Assembly: GCA_964523215.1 (NCBI GenBank) | Contig: CAZFYJ010000002.1 | Coordinates: 1 to 33,234 of the forward strand | From: an uncultured Sphingomonadaceae bacterium | Lineage (GTDB): Bacteria; Pseudomonadota; Alphaproteobacteria; Sphingomonadales; Sphingomonadaceae | DNA: 33,234 nucleotides | Direction: 5' to 3' | In this document: in pieces, positions 9,676-19,362 of the stretch | Layout of the letters: every line of letters begins with the position of its first letter | How positions within the stretch are numbered: the first letter of the stretch is position 1 | Position numbers and translations under genes: made by a program | Notes under the pieces: generated by a model | Seen by the model: only the letters and a program-made list of their open reading frames with translations | Database searches by the model: none | Told to the model about the DNA's origin: nothing

Positions 9676-12645
9676 ATGGGCACAATGGCGTTGCGGCTCG
9701 GCCTGGCCGCATGTGTTGCCGCCGCACTGGGAACGGCGGCCGTCGGCCAGAGCAGCACGGCGAGCGCCACCATCGAATCCTTCATTGCCGAGATCGCAAA
9801 GCCGCCTGAGGTCAAACCGGTGCGCACCCCGCCCTGGAATGCCGAGGGCAGCGGCATCACGCCGGATACGCGTGCCACATATGGCGTGCTGCCCAATGGG
9901 CTGCGCTATGTGATCCGCAAAAACGACACACCCAAAGAGCGGGTGATGGTGCGCATGCGCATCGATTTCGGCTCTGCCGGCGAGGCTGACAATGAGCAGG
10001 GCCTGGCCCATTTCGTCGAGCATATGGCGTTTAACGGAACCACGCGTGTGCCCGAGGGCGAGATGGTGAAGCTGCTGGAGCGCAAAGGGCTGGCCTTCGG
10101 GCCGGATACCAATGCCTCCACGGGCTATCTGGCGACCACCTACATGCTCGATCTGCCCAAGCCGACGGACGATCTGCTGAACACCGCGATGTTCCTGATG
10201 CGCGAGACGGCAAGCGAGATCAGCTTCGATCCCAAGGCAGTGGACAAGGAACGCGGCGTCGTGCTCGAAGAAAAGCGCGTGCGCGAGAATTTCAGCTTTC
10301 AGGCCAGCCGCGCCGCGCAGGCTTTTTTGCGGCCGGATACCTATTTTTCAAAGCGCTTTCCGATCGGCACCGAAGAGGTGATCAAAACCGCGCCGGCAGA
10401 GCGGCTGAAGGCGCTCTATCGCACCTGGTATCGCCCGGAGCGCACCGTGATTGTCGTGGTCGGCCCGGTCGATGTCGCCGCGGTCGAGGCGCGCATTGCC
10501 CGCGCCTTTGGCGACTGGAAGAATGATGCGCCGCCCCCGCCCCCGGAAAAAACTGTGCAGGATTCCTGCACCATCAATCTGCGGCGCGGCAACGAGGCGG
10601 AAATTTTCACCCATCCGCAAATCAGCGAATCGGTCGGTCTGCTTGTGCATGGCAAGGCACCATTCACCCGCGATACCCAGGCGGCACGGGATTATGCGTT
10701 GCTGCGCGATGTGGGCGAGGCAATTTTCGATCGCCGGGTGTCGCGGTTGATCCGCAAGGGCGATGCCCCCTTCCTTGGCATCAACCTCGATCAATCCTTC
10801 CCGCTCTGCGGTGTCTATAGCGTTCTGTCATTTGGCGTTTCGGCGAAGGACGGGCAGTGGCAGGCGGCGCTGCCCGCGGCAGAACAATTGCTGCGGCAGG
10901 CGCTGCAATATGGCTTTACCCAGGCCGAGCTCGACGAGCAGAAGCGGGAGCTTCGGCTTTCCTTTGAAAATGCGGTGAAGACCGAAAGCACGCAATCGAG
11001 CGGCTCGATGGTCAACAGTTTTCTGGCGCAGACCAGCCGCTATCGCGGTGTGGTGACGAGTGCTGCCACGCGGCTTCAGCAGTGGAACCGGATCGAAAAG
11101 ACGCTGAATGTGAAGCGCGTCAATGCGGCCTTTCGCGATGTCTATGGCAAATTTGGCCGGCCGCTTGTCTTTGCCACGGCAAAGCCTGAACATCTGAAGG
11201 ATCAGGCGGCGCTGCTGGCAGCGCTCAACGCCAGCCGCAAGGTCGCGGTCAAGCCGCCTGCGGCCCAGGCGACGACGAAATTTGCTTATGGCAATTGGGG
11301 TGAGCCTGGCAGGATTGTCGAGGACAAGATGATCGCCGATCTCGATATCCGCACCATCCGCTTTGCCAATGGGGTGATGCTCAATCTCAAGAAAACCCCT
11401 TATGATGCAAACAGCATTTTCGTGAATGTCGCGGTGGACGGCGGCGATGTGCTGCTCGGCAAGGACAAGACGGCCTATCGTTATCTGGGTGGCTCGATCA
11501 CCGCAGGCGGGCTTGGCAAGCACAGTGTTGACGAGCTGCAAAGCCTGACTGCCGGCACCACGGCCGGGGCGGGGCTGGGCGCATCGCTGGATCGCTTCAC
11601 CAGCGGGGGCCGCGTCACGCAGGAGGATCTGCCGCTGCAGATGCAGCTGATGGCAGCATATATCACCGATCCCGGCTATCGGGAGGAAGCGCTGCTGCGT
11701 TTCAAAAAGACGCTGCCGGAAACCTATGCCCGGTTGGATGCGACACCGGGTGCAGCGCTTGCCAATCGCTCGGCACCCATCCTTTATGGGGACGATCCGC
11801 GGTTCACCCGACCGCCGATCGAGGTGTTGCAGGGCCTCGATTTCGCGACCTACAAGGCCGTGAATGCCCAGGCGCTGGCCACTGGCGCGATCGAGATCGG
11901 GATTGTCGGCGATTTCGATATGGACAAGACGATCGCGGCTGTTGCGCAGACATTTGGCGCGCTGCCACAGCGGGCAGCCGCCTTTGTCAATCGCGACAAG
12001 GAGATTGCGAGGGGATGGTCGCCCAAGCGCGGCGTTTTCACCATATCCCACCAGGGAGAGCCCGATCAGCTGGCCTGGCTGCGCATCTGGCCGACGACCG
12101 ATGGCCGGGATTTGCGCCGTTCGCTGACGCATGACATTCTGGCCGAAATCATCAGCCTGCGCCTGATCGACGAGCTGCGCGAAAATGCCGGTGCCAGCTA
12201 TGGCGCTTCCGCGGGCAGTTCGATGAGCGACGACATTGCGGGCTTTGGCAGCCTCTATATCGCGACCAACGGCGATGTCGCAAAGCTGGCGCTGATCGAC
12301 AAAATCATCAGCGATGTGGTGGCCGAAGTGCGCAGCAAACCTGCCGATGCCGATCTGTTCGAGCGGGCGCGCAAGCCGACGCTGGAGCTTTATTCCAGCT
12401 GGCGGCAGCGCAACAGCACGTGGATCGGCCTCGTCGCATCGGCGCAGAGCGACACCAAGTCGCTCGACGATTTTCGCCGCAGCGAGGAAATGTTCAAGAG
12501 CATCACGCCCGCCGAGGTGCTGGCCGAAGCGCAAACATGGCTGAAGGATGATCAGGCCTTCACCTTCCATGTGAAGCCGGCCGCTGTTGTGGCGCGGGAT
12601 GCAGCCGGAACAGCCGCTGCGCCTGCGGCCAAGGCAGCGCAATAG
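9676..12645 (+). CDS. Secreted M16 (pitrilysin/insulinase) family zinc peptidase, two-module
   Basis: 989 aa with a signal peptide. It has the HxxEH zinc motif in LAHFVEHMAFNGT. Its length is consistent with fused active and inactive M16 halves. Confidence 0.88.
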   Translation: MGTMALRLGLAACVAAALGTAAVGQSSTASATIESFIAEIAKPPEVKPVRTPPWNAEGSGITPDTRATYGVLPNGLRYVIRKNDTPKERVMVRMRIDFGSAGEADNEQGLAHFVEHMAFNGTTRVPEGEMVKLLERKGLAFGPDTNASTGYLATTYMLDLPKPTDDLLNTAMFLMRETASEISFDPKAVDKERGVVLEEKRVRENFSFQASRAAQAFLRPDTYFSKRFPIGTEEVIKTAPAERLKALYRTWYRPERTVIVVVGPVDVAAVEARIARAFGDWKNDAPPPPPEKTVQDSCTINLRRGNEAEIFTHPQISESVGLLVHGKAPFTRDTQAARDYALLRDVGEAIFDRRVSRLIRKGDAPFLGINLDQSFPLCGVYSVLSFGVSAKDGQWQAALPAAEQLLRQALQYGFTQAELDEQKRELRLSFENAVKTESTQSSGSMVNSFLAQTSRYRGVVTSAATRLQQWNRIEKTLNVKRVNAAFRDVYGKFGRPLVFATAKPEHLKDQAALLAALNASRKVAVKPPAAQATTKFAYGNWGEPGRIVEDKMIADLDIRTIRFANGVMLNLKKTPYDANSIFVNVAVDGGDVLLGKDKTAYRYLGGSITAGGLGKHSVDELQSLTAGTTAGAGLGASLDRFTSGGRVTQEDLPLQMQLMAAYITDPGYREEALLRFKKTLPETYARLDATPGAALANRSAPILYGDDPRFTRPPIEVLQGLDFATYKAVNAQALATGAIEIGIVGDFDMDKTIAAVAQTFGALPQRAAAFVNRDKEIARGWSPKRGVFTISHQGEPDQLAWLRIWPTTDGRDLRRSLTHDILAEIISLRLIDELRENAGASYGASAGSSMSDDIAGFGSLYIATNGDVAKLALIDKIISDVVAEVRSKPADADLFERARKPTLELYSSWRQRNSTWIGLVASAQSDTKSLDDFRRSEEMFKSITPAEVLAEAQTWLKDDQAFTFHVKPAAVVARDAAGTAAAPAAKAAQ

Positions 12646-12655
12646 GGGCGGCACG

Positions 12656-13636
12656 ATGACGCGCACCCATCGTTGGGCCGCAGGCTTTGCGGCTGCGCTT
12701 GCGATTTCTGCAGGGCTGCTGTGGCAGCGCGAGGCGTTGCTGGCCCAGCAGCCCGCCGCGCAAACGGAAACCGCGCCTGCCATGGCACCGGGGCCGCGCA
12801 TGGCCGCGCCGCCGCCGCCACCCGTGCTCGGCGCCTTTTTCGATTGCCTGCGTCAGAACGGGCAGACCGTGGTGAGCGCCCACCGTGCCGGGCCCGCACC
12901 GGGATTTCCTGAAAATGCACTGGAAACCATGCGCCGCACGCTCGATCGCAATCCCGATGCGCTGCTCGAAATCGATGTTCAGAAAAGCGCCGATGGCGTG
13001 CTTTTTCTGCTCCACGATGAACGGCTGGAGCGCACCACCACCGGCACGGGGGAAGCGGACTCGCTGAGCTTCAGGGCGCTTGGCCGCTTGCGGCTGGAAG
13101 ACAATGATGGCGCAGCAACGCGCTTTCGCGTGCCAAGCCTTGCGGCCGCGCTGGCGCTTGCCAAGCGGCGCAACGCCATTGTCCAGCTCGATGTGAAACG
13201 CGGCGTTCCCTTTGCCGATGTGGTGGCTGCCGTGCGCAAGGCAAAGGCCGCGCGCCATGTCGTGATCATCACGTATAATGACCGTGATGCGGGCGAGGTT
13301 GCCCGCCTCGCGCCGGAGCTGATGATCTCGGTCGGGATCACGCAGATTGACATGCTGAACCGTCTGCGCCGCCAGGATGTGCCAACCGGGCAGATGCTTG
13401 CGTGGACGGGAACGCGCGCGCCCGATCCCGCGCTGATGAAGACGCTGCGCAGCTGGGGGATTGAGCCGATGTTTGGCACGCTCGGGCGGCCGGGCAACCG
13501 GCTCGACGATCAGTGGCTGGCCGATGGCGATCCGTCCGAATTCAGGGAGCTGGCGCGCAATGGTGCCGTGGTGATCGGCACGGACCGGGCGCCAGAGGTG
13601 GAAAAGGCGCTTTCGCCCATCACCTGCCGGCGATGA
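12656..13636 (+). CDS. Secreted glycerophosphodiester phosphodiesterase family protein
   Basis: Track ORF 12587..13636, with the start set at ATG 12656 (MTRTHRWAAGFAAALAISAG, a signal peptide). GDPD motifs are present: VSAHRAGP..PENALET and LEIDVQKSADGVLFLLHDERLERTT. Confidence 0.8.
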   Translation: MTRTHRWAAGFAAALAISAGLLWQREALLAQQPAAQTETAPAMAPGPRMAAPPPPPVLGAFFDCLRQNGQTVVSAHRAGPAPGFPENALETMRRTLDRNPDALLEIDVQKSADGVLFLLHDERLERTTTGTGEADSLSFRALGRLRLEDNDGAATRFRVPSLAAALALAKRRNAIVQLDVKRGVPFADVVAAVRKAKAARHVVIITYNDRDAGEVARLAPELMISVGITQIDMLNRLRRQDVPTGQMLAWTGTRAPDPALMKTLRSWGIEPMFGTLGRPGNRLDDQWLADGDPSEFRELARNGAVVIGTDRAPEVEKALSPITCRR

Positions 13637-13715
13637 CCCATGCTTGTTTCTTGCGCTTTGGTCTGCGCCGCGTCATAGGCAGCGCACGCCAACCCCCATC
13701 AAGCAAGGAACGCCG

Positions 13716-13979
13716 ATGAAGGTTCATGTCCATGTCACCCTCAAAAATGGCGTGCTCGATCCGCAGGGCAGGGCCATCCACCATGCGCTCGAAGGGCTGG
13801 GCTTTGCCGGTGTGCGGGATGTGCGCGCCGGGCGGCTGATCATGCTCGATGTGGACGATGCCGTGAGCGATGCCGATCTCGATGCCATGTGCCGCAAGCT
13901 GCTCGCCAATATGGTGATCGAAAATTATCGCATCGAGCGGCAGGACAGGCCGCACGGCGCAATGGCCGAGCCTGCCTGA
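13716..13979 (+). CDS. purS: Phosphoribosylformylglycinamidine synthase subunit PurS
   Basis: The start was set at ATG 13716 ([30 protein letters not shown]...), giving a typical PurS of about 87 aa. purQ starts 1 nt after its stop. Confidence 0.9.
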   Translation: MKVHVHVTLKNGVLDPQGRAIHHALEGLGFAGVRDVRAGRLIMLDVDDAVSDADLDAMCRKLLANMVIENYRIERQDRPHGAMAEPA

Positions 13980-13980
13980 G

Positions 13981-14649
13981 ATGCGCGCGGCCGTCATCAC
14001 CTTTCCAGGATCGAACTGCGATCGCGATATGGCAGAGGCGCTGCGCATTGTTGGCGGCACGGCTCCGTTGCGGCTGTGGCATGGCGATGCCGAGGTGCCG
14101 GACGGGCTGGATCTGATCGCCGTGCCGGGCGGCTTTTCTTATGGTGATTATCTGCGCTCCGGGGCCATGGCGGCGCGCTCCCCCATCATGCGGGCCGTGG
14201 TTGAAGCGGCCGGGCGCGGCGTGCCGGTTCTGGGGGTGTGCAACGGCTTTCAGATTCTGGCCGAAGCAGGGCTGCTTCCCGGCGCGCTGATGCGCAATGC
14301 AGGCATCCGCTTTGTCTGCCGTGATGTGCCGCTGATCGTCGAAAACAATCAGTCGATCTTCACCAGTCGCTATACCATGGGCGAGCGGATCGTGATCCCG
14401 GTGGCGCATCATGATGGCAATTATACCGCCGATGCTGCCACACTTGATCGGCTGGTGGGCGAGGGCCGGGTCGTGTTTCGCTATGCAGCACCCGTGAACG
14501 GGTCTGCGCGCGATATTGCCGCCGTGCTCAACGATGCCGGCAATGTGCTTGGCATGATGCCGCATCCCGAACGCATGGTGGAAGCTGCCCATGGCGGCAC
14601 CGATGGCCGCCGCCTGTTTGAATCAGTTCTCGGCGCGCTGGTCGGCTGA
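13981..14649 (+). CDS. purQ: Phosphoribosylformylglycinamidine synthase glutaminase subunit PurQ
   Basis: 222 aa with [35 protein letters not shown] and MMPHPER motifs. Confidence 0.95.
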   Translation: MRAAVITFPGSNCDRDMAEALRIVGGTAPLRLWHGDAEVPDGLDLIAVPGGFSYGDYLRSGAMAARSPIMRAVVEAAGRGVPVLGVCNGFQILAEAGLLPGALMRNAGIRFVCRDVPLIVENNQSIFTSRYTMGERIVIPVAHHDGNYTADAATLDRLVGEGRVVFRYAAPVNGSARDIAAVLNDAGNVLGMMPHPERMVEAAHGGTDGRRLFESVLGALVG

Positions 14650-14904
14650 GGCGTCGCCGGCGCTTGCCGCATCTTCGAACCACGCCTCGACAGCGCCGTT
14701 CAGCTTGATCAGCAGCGGGCGGCCGCGCCGGTCCAGCGTGCGGCCTGCCTGCACCCGGATCCAGCCTTCGGAAATGCAGTATTCCTCGACATCGCGGCGC
14801 TCGCTCCCGCGAAAGCGCACGCCGATGCCGCGCTGCAGAATGTCGCCGCCATAATAGGGGCTGTCGGGGTGAATGGACAGGCGGTCCGGAGGTGTGTCGC
14901 TCAT
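14623..14904 (-). CDS. DUF3297-family protein
   Basis: The start was set at ATG 14904 ([18 protein letters not shown]...[27 protein letters not shown]...), which matches my recollection of DUF3297. Its 3' end overlaps the purQ 3' end by 27 nt in convergent orientation. Confidence 0.6.
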   Translation of the reverse strand: MSDTPPDRLSIHPDSPYYGGDILQRGIGVRFRGSERRDVEEYCISEGWIRVQAGRTLDRRGRPLLIKLNGAVEAWFEDAASAGDASADQRAEN

Positions 14905-15031
14905 GGCGTGCCAATAGCGAGACTGCACGGCGGGATCAACCATGTCCGCCTGTGCGCTGCAACGCTGCCTGCTGGCCGATAGGGGCTGCTGCTGCTATAG
15001 CATGGTCAACGCGAGCTGGAGGAGGCAGCGA

Positions 15032-15544
15032 ATGAACAAGGCAGCGATAGCCATCATTGGCGGGTGCGCAGCATTGGCTGCGATCATGGCGGTGGGCTAT
15101 GCCCGCATCACGCGGGACAGCGCTGCCCCGATGTCAGAGGCCAATCCGTCTGCCGCCGCCGATGCCGTCCCGGCACCCGCTGCTGCGCCCGCCGAGCCAC
15201 CCGCGGCCATGGCTGCCACCTGCCCGCACCAGGAAGCGCAGATCGTGGGCGATTGGGTGGCGACGGGGGACAATGCCCCCTTTCAGCAGATGGCCTTCGC
15301 TGCCGAAGGTGAGGGCGATGCCAAGGTGCGCAGCTTTCGCTCCTGGCTGAACGACCGGCCCGAAATCATCGACGGCCGCTGGGTGATGCGCGCGGCGGCT
15401 GGGCAATGCACGCTGGTGATCACCGATGAGAATGCCGATCGCGCGGCGCAGAGCTTTGCCATCGCCTCCATATCTGCGCGCGCGCTGGTGCTGCGATCCG
15501 ATTATTTTGCCGATGGCGCTGTCTATCAGCGGCCCGCGCAATAG
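15032..15544 (+). CDS. Hypothetical membrane-anchored/secreted protein with Ala/Pro linker
   Basis: The start was set at ATG 15032, behind a GGAGGAGG Shine-Dalgarno sequence. It has an N-terminal hydrophobic segment (AAIAIIGGCAALAAIMAV), an Ala/Pro-rich linker and a globular domain of about 100 aa. No family was recognised. Confidence 0.5.
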   Translation: MNKAAIAIIGGCAALAAIMAVGYARITRDSAAPMSEANPSAAADAVPAPAAAPAEPPAAMAATCPHQEAQIVGDWVATGDNAPFQQMAFAAEGEGDAKVRSFRSWLNDRPEIIDGRWVMRAAAGQCTLVITDENADRAAQSFAIASISARALVLRSDYFADGAVYQRPAQ

Positions 15545-15546
15545 CG

Positions 15547-15894
15547 CTAGCTTTGCACCAGCTTGAGCAGGCGCCGTTCCAGTGGCGCAAGCACGGTCGC
15601 AAGGTCTGCGCCGCGCTTTTGCGTGATGCCATGTTCGGACACCAGCGCCCACATGCCCTGGCGCAGCCGCAATGCCGGGCGCTTTTCGATGCGATATTCG
15701 GGCCGTTCGGAGGCGCGGCGGAAGGCTGCGAAAATGGCGGCATCGCGGCCCAGATCGATGGCATAGTCGCGCCAGTGGCCGGCGGCCACCATGCGCCCAT
15801 ATATGTCCAGGATGCGGCTCAGCTCATCGCGCGCGAAGCCCACTTGCATCGGCCGCGCCTGCGCCAGCGGAAACGGGGTGATAATCGCGCTCAA
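15547..15894 (-). CDS. DUF2794-family protein
   Basis: 115 aa. [29 protein letters not shown] resembles DUF2794 as I recall it. The track start is a TTG overlapping the cysE stop (TTGA). The internal Met at residue 15 (..ARPMQVGF) is an alternative start. Confidence 0.55.
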   Translation of the reverse strand: MSAIITPFPLAQARPMQVGFARDELSRILDIYGRMVAAGHWRDYAIDLGRDAAIFAAFRRASERPEYRIEKRPALRLRQGMWALVSEHGITQKRGADLATVLAPLERRLLKLVQS

Positions 15895-16652
15895 GCCGAT
15901 TTTCGTGCCCGCCGCTTGCGCGGTGCCGGATCGCTTCCGGTGCGGGGCGCCGCATCATCATGCGCGTGGATGCGTGGGCGCACGGGCTTTGCATCGCGTT
16001 CGACCAACAGCGTATCGATGCGCTTTTGCATTGCCTGCATCTCGCACTTCAGGATCTCGAGCTGTTGGGTCGCAGGGTCGAAACGGTCGCTGCACGGCGT
16101 GCCATAGGGAATGAAATCAGTGGTTTCGGGCTTGACCTCGACCAGCGTCGAACGGGCCGGGATGCCGACCATCGTCGCACCCGGCGGCACATCCTTGGTC
16201 ACCACTGCATTGGCCCCGATGCGTGCACCGGCGCCGACCACGACCGGCCCCAGCACCGCCGCGCCCAGGCTGATGATGACCTGATCGCCGATGGTGGGGT
16301 GTCGCTTGCCCCTTTCGCCGCTGGCGGGGTTGGTGCCGCCCAGCGTCGCGCCCTGATAGATGGTCACGTCATCGCCGATCTCGGCTGTCTCGCCGATCAC
16401 GACAAAGCCGTGATCAATGAAGAAATTGCGGCCGATCGTCGCACCCGGATGGATGTCGATCCCGGTCAGTATGCGGCTGACATGATTGACCAGGCGGGCC
16501 AGGAAAAACAGCTGCGCCTCATACAGCCAGTGCGCCACGCGGTGCATGCCCAGCGCAAGCACCCCCGGATAGATCAGCACTTCCCAGCGCGAGCGCGGCG
16601 CAGGATCGCGCGCACGGATCGAATCCAGATAGGCAATCAGCGAATCAAACAT
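15891..16652 (-). CDS. cysE: Serine O-acetyltransferase
   Basis: The start was set at ATG 16652 ([18 protein letters not shown]...). Hexapeptide-repeat region: [43 protein letters not shown]. The C-terminal extension is long and basic. Confidence 0.9.
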   Translation of the reverse strand: MFDSLIAYLDSIRARDPAPRSRWEVLIYPGVLALGMHRVAHWLYEAQLFFLARLVNHVSRILTGIDIHPGATIGRNFFIDHGFVVIGETAEIGDDVTIYQGATLGGTNPASGERGKRHPTIGDQVIISLGAAVLGPVVVGAGARIGANAVVTKDVPPGATMVGIPARSTLVEVKPETTDFIPYGTPCSDRFDPATQQLEILKCEMQAMQKRIDTLLVERDAKPVRPRIHAHDDAAPRTGSDPAPRKRRARKSA

Positions 16653-16775
16653 GCGCCCTCTTTTCTCTCTGGCGGCCAGTGCCCCACGCGGGCTTGCCAA
16701 ATCCCGGATGGTGGCCCCCAGTTTTTCCCGGAACAGTCTCGGTCAGTTTCGCGGCAATGTAAACCGTCTAGAAAA

Positions 16776-16822
16776 ATCGACAAAAGCGATTATCTGATGC
16801 ATATTAATCGAAGAAGGTCGAT
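16776..16822. promoter_or_regulatory. Two LysR-type dyads (ATCG-N7-CGAT and ATCG-N8-CGAT) just upstream of oxyR
   Basis: The dyads are atcgacaaaagcgat at 16776-16790 (T-N11-A type) and atcgaagaaggtcgat at 16807-16822. They lie in the cysE-oxyR divergent intergenic region, next to the oxyR ATG at 16824. Confidence 0.3.
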
Positions 16823-16823
16823 C

Positions 16824-17771
16824 ATGCACGCCTATCTGCCCTCGCTCAAGCAGCTGCAATATTTTGTCGCGCTTTATGATCATCAGCATTTCGGCCGTGC
16901 GGCAGAGGCCTGTTTCGTGACACAGTCAACCCTGTCTGCCGGCCTGCGCGAGCTGGAAAATCTGCTGGGCGTGGTGCTGGTCGAGCGCACCCGGCGTGTG
17001 GTGCGCTTCACGGCGCAAGGCGAAAAGATGGTGGCCAAGGCCATTCGCGTGCTGCGCGAGGCCGAAGAACTGACAGCCCTTGCGGTGGCATCGGGCAAGC
17101 CGCTGACGGGCGAGCTGAGGATGGCTGTGATCCCCACCATCGCACCGTTTCTGCTGCCGCGTCTGCTGCCCGGCCTGCGCGCGGAGCGGCCGGAGCTGCG
17201 GCTCTATCTGCGCGAGGAAACTAGTGGCGCAGCCTGCGAATCGCTGCATCGGGGCACGGTCGATTGCGTGCTGCTGGCGCTGCCGTTCGCGTGCGGCGAC
17301 GTGGCCATTGCCGAGCTGTTTGACGATCCGCTGCAAATGGCTTTTCCGGCGGCTGAGGCAGAGCGGTTGCCCCCGGTGGTGTCGCCAGAGATGCTGGCGG
17401 CGGACCAGCTGCTGCTGCTTGAAGACGGGCACTGCCTGAAGGATCATGCGCTGTCTGCCTGCAACCGGCCCGATCTGCGCACCAATGCCGCGATGCTGGG
17501 CACGTCGCTCCACACGCTGGTGCAGATGGTGGACAATGGCCTGGGCGCAACGATGCTGCCGCAAATGGCCATCGATGCCGGGCTGATTGCGAACACCGGC
17601 ATTGCGGTGCGCCCGCTGGATTCGGCCCACCCCTATCGTTCGATTGCGCTGATCTGGCGCAAAAACACCCCGCGTGAGGCCGAATTCCAGCTGCTGGCAG
17701 AGCTGCTGCGCAACCATGGGGCGCGCGGGCAGCAGCGGCACACCGCAGCCAGGGGGCAGATGGCCGCCTAG
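16824..17771 (+). CDS. oxyR: LysR-family peroxide-sensing transcriptional regulator OxyR
   Basis: This is the C-terminal 315 codons of track ORF 15960..17771. It has a LysR HTH (LKQLQYFVALYDHQHFGRAAEACFVTQSTLSAGLRELE) and the OxyR redox-Cys signature LLLLEDGHCLKDHALSAC. The ATG at 16798 is an alternative start. Confidence 0.85.
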   Translation: MHAYLPSLKQLQYFVALYDHQHFGRAAEACFVTQSTLSAGLRELENLLGVVLVERTRRVVRFTAQGEKMVAKAIRVLREAEELTALAVASGKPLTGELRMAVIPTIAPFLLPRLLPGLRAERPELRLYLREETSGAACESLHRGTVDCVLLALPFACGDVAIAELFDDPLQMAFPAAEAERLPPVVSPEMLAADQLLLLEDGHCLKDHALSACNRPDLRTNAAMLGTSLHTLVQMVDNGLGATMLPQMAIDAGLIANTGIAVRPLDSAHPYRSIALIWRKNTPREAEFQLLAELLRNHGARGQQRHTAARGQMAA

Positions 17772-17845
17772 CAGTGGAGGCTGCGGCCAAGAGCCGCGAT
17801 GGACAGTGCCAGCAGGGGACCCATCCTCGAAACAGGAGGTCCACA

Positions 17846-18598
17846 ATGTCGTTCAGACCCATGATGATGGTCGCGCTGCTTGGTCTGGGCATGGCTGCCC
17901 AAATGCCCGCAGATGCTGCCAAAAAGAAAAGCGCAAACAAGGCACCGAGCACAGCGGAGGCACCATCGCCACCTGAAGTGCCGCCTGTGCCGCAGACGCC
18001 GCCAGCGCCTGAGGCTCCCCCCGCGCCGGAAGCGGGCCCGCCGCCGCCAGCCCCGCCGCCCGCTCCCTCGCCGGACAGTGCGGCAGACGCACCCGCAGCG
18101 CCATCAGCCGGGCAGGCATCGGGCAGCATTGTTGCCGTGGTGCAAGGTTCAGCCGATCATAGCACATTGGCGGCTGCAATCAGGGCGGCCGGGCTGGATG
18201 CGCCGCTTGATGGCAATGGCCCGTTCACCCTGTTCGGGCCCTCCGATCAGGCATTCGCCAAGCTTCCAACCGGCACAGTGGATCGCCTGATGAAGCCCGA
18301 AAGCCGCAGCCAGCTGGCGGGCATTCTGGCCAGCCATGTGGTGGCGGGTTCGCTGAGCGCAGCCAATATCGCTGCGATGATCAAGGATGGCGGCGGCAAG
18401 GCCACGCTCAAGACTGTCGCCGGAACGGAGCTGACGGCGACCATGGATGGTGCCGCTGTGGTGCTGTCCGATGGCAATGGCGGATCGGCACGGGTGAGTG
18501 CTGCGGACATTCAGGGCACGAATGGCGTGGTGCACAGCATTGACGCCGTGCTCCAGCCCAAGCCACTGGCGGCAGAGGCCGCGCCCGCGCCGCGCTGA
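17846..18598 (+). CDS. Secreted fasciclin (FAS1) domain protein with Pro-rich linker
   Basis: The start was set at ATG 17846, behind an AGGAGG Shine-Dalgarno sequence. It has a signal peptide, a PAPEAPPAPEAGPPPPAPPPAP linker and FAS1 motifs (GPFTLFGPSDQAF, TNGVVHSIDAVL). Confidence 0.85.
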   Translation: MSFRPMMMVALLGLGMAAQMPADAAKKKSANKAPSTAEAPSPPEVPPVPQTPPAPEAPPAPEAGPPPPAPPPAPSPDSAADAPAAPSAGQASGSIVAVVQGSADHSTLAAAIRAAGLDAPLDGNGPFTLFGPSDQAFAKLPTGTVDRLMKPESRSQLAGILASHVVAGSLSAANIAAMIKDGGGKATLKTVAGTELTATMDGAAVVLSDGNGGSARVSAADIQGTNGVVHSIDAVLQPKPLAAEAAPAPR

Positions 18599-18612
18599 TC
18601 CCGGCTCCTTTC

Positions 18613-18639
18613 GGCCCCGTGCTTAGGGGGCCTGTTTTT
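18613..18639 (+). terminator. Intrinsic terminator of the fasciclin gene, embedded in the 3' end of convergent moaE
   Basis: GGCCCC (18613-18618) pairs with GGGGCC (18627-18632) and is followed by TGTTTTTC (18633-18640). There is no T-run on the opposite strand. Confidence 0.6.
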
Positions 18640-19108
18640 CGGGGGCGCGGTGATCTTCGGCCCGCTGTGCGACCCAGCGGGCTGATTTTTCCACATCGGC
18701 GCGGCGTTGCTCGACCCAGCGGCTGTGCCCATCGGCAAGACGCTCCTGCTTCCATAGCATGATATCGCATTTCAGCCGGTCGATCATAAAGGCGGTTGCA
18801 TCCAGCGCTGCGGCACGATGATCGGCGCAGGCTGCAACACACACGATCGGTGCGCCGCAGGGAACATGCCCGATGCGGTGCAAGGCCAACACTCCCGTCA
18901 GCGACCAGCGGCGCTGCGCCGCGGCTGCAATGTCTGCCAGCTGCTGTACCGCAAGCTCTGGATGATGTTCGATGAACAGCGCGACCACCCCGTCATCCGG
19001 GCGGGCATGGCCAGTAAAGCTTGCCATGCCGCCGCTTCCCATCGCGTGAAGCGGGGCGAGCGCTGCCAGCGGATCCAGCGCATCGGGGCACAGCGCAGTG
19101 CGGATCAT
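18623..19108 (-). CDS. moaE: Molybdopterin synthase catalytic subunit
   Basis: The start was set at ATG 19108 (MIRTALCPD...). The motif ACADHRAAALDATAFMIDRLKCDIMLWKQE is typical of MoaE (HR...a...id.lK...p.WKkE). The start forms an ATGA overlap with the moaD stop. Confidence 0.85.
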   Translation of the reverse strand: MIRTALCPDALDPLAALAPLHAMGSGGMASFTGHARPDDGVVALFIEHHPELAVQQLADIAAAAQRRWSLTGVLALHRIGHVPCGAPIVCVAACADHRAAALDATAFMIDRLKCDIMLWKQERLADGHSRWVEQRRADVEKSARWVAQRAEDHRAPEKQAP

Positions 19109-19362
19109 CCGCCCGTCACCGGCGGAAACAGATCGACGCAATCGCCGTCGCGCAGTCCGCTCTCTCTTGATGCGATCACGCCATTGATGGCGACATGAAT
19201 GCGCGCCGCATCGGCAAAGGCGGCTGCCCCTGCGGCATCGCGCCGCTGCAGCAGGCCAATCAGATCGGCAACACAGCGCACACCCGCTGCCTCCAGCTGC
19301 TCCGCCTCGCACCCCATGGCTTCGCGCAGGCCGGCAAAATAGCGCAGCGCCAGCCGCATCAT
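19105..19362 (-). CDS. moaD: Molybdopterin synthase sulfur-carrier subunit
   Basis: 85 aa, MMRLALRYFAGLREAMG...DLFPPVTGG, with the C-terminal Gly-Gly. The start overlaps the pgsA stop (TGATGATG). Confidence 0.85.
   Translation of the reverse strand: MMRLALRYFAGLREAMGCEAEQLEAAGVRCVADLIGLLQRRDAAGAAAFADAARIHVAINGVIASRESGLRDGDCVDLFPPVTGG

Noticed and set aside
10828-12801. 657-aa reverse-strand ORF, together with similar long ORFs at 3073..4884(+), 9052..10023(-), 25958..27370(-), 28191..29591(-), 31667..33151(-) and 16926..17846(-)
   Set aside because: Each lies antisense to, or out of frame within, a gene with clear family signatures. Their translations are Arg/Ala/Gly/Pro-rich with no motifs. 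These are typical shadow ORFs of high-GC DNA.
15960-16823. N-terminal 288 codons of the 603-aa track ORF that ends as OxyR
   Set aside because: This part is antisense to cysE and has no LysR features. The LysR HTH begins right after the ATG at 16824.
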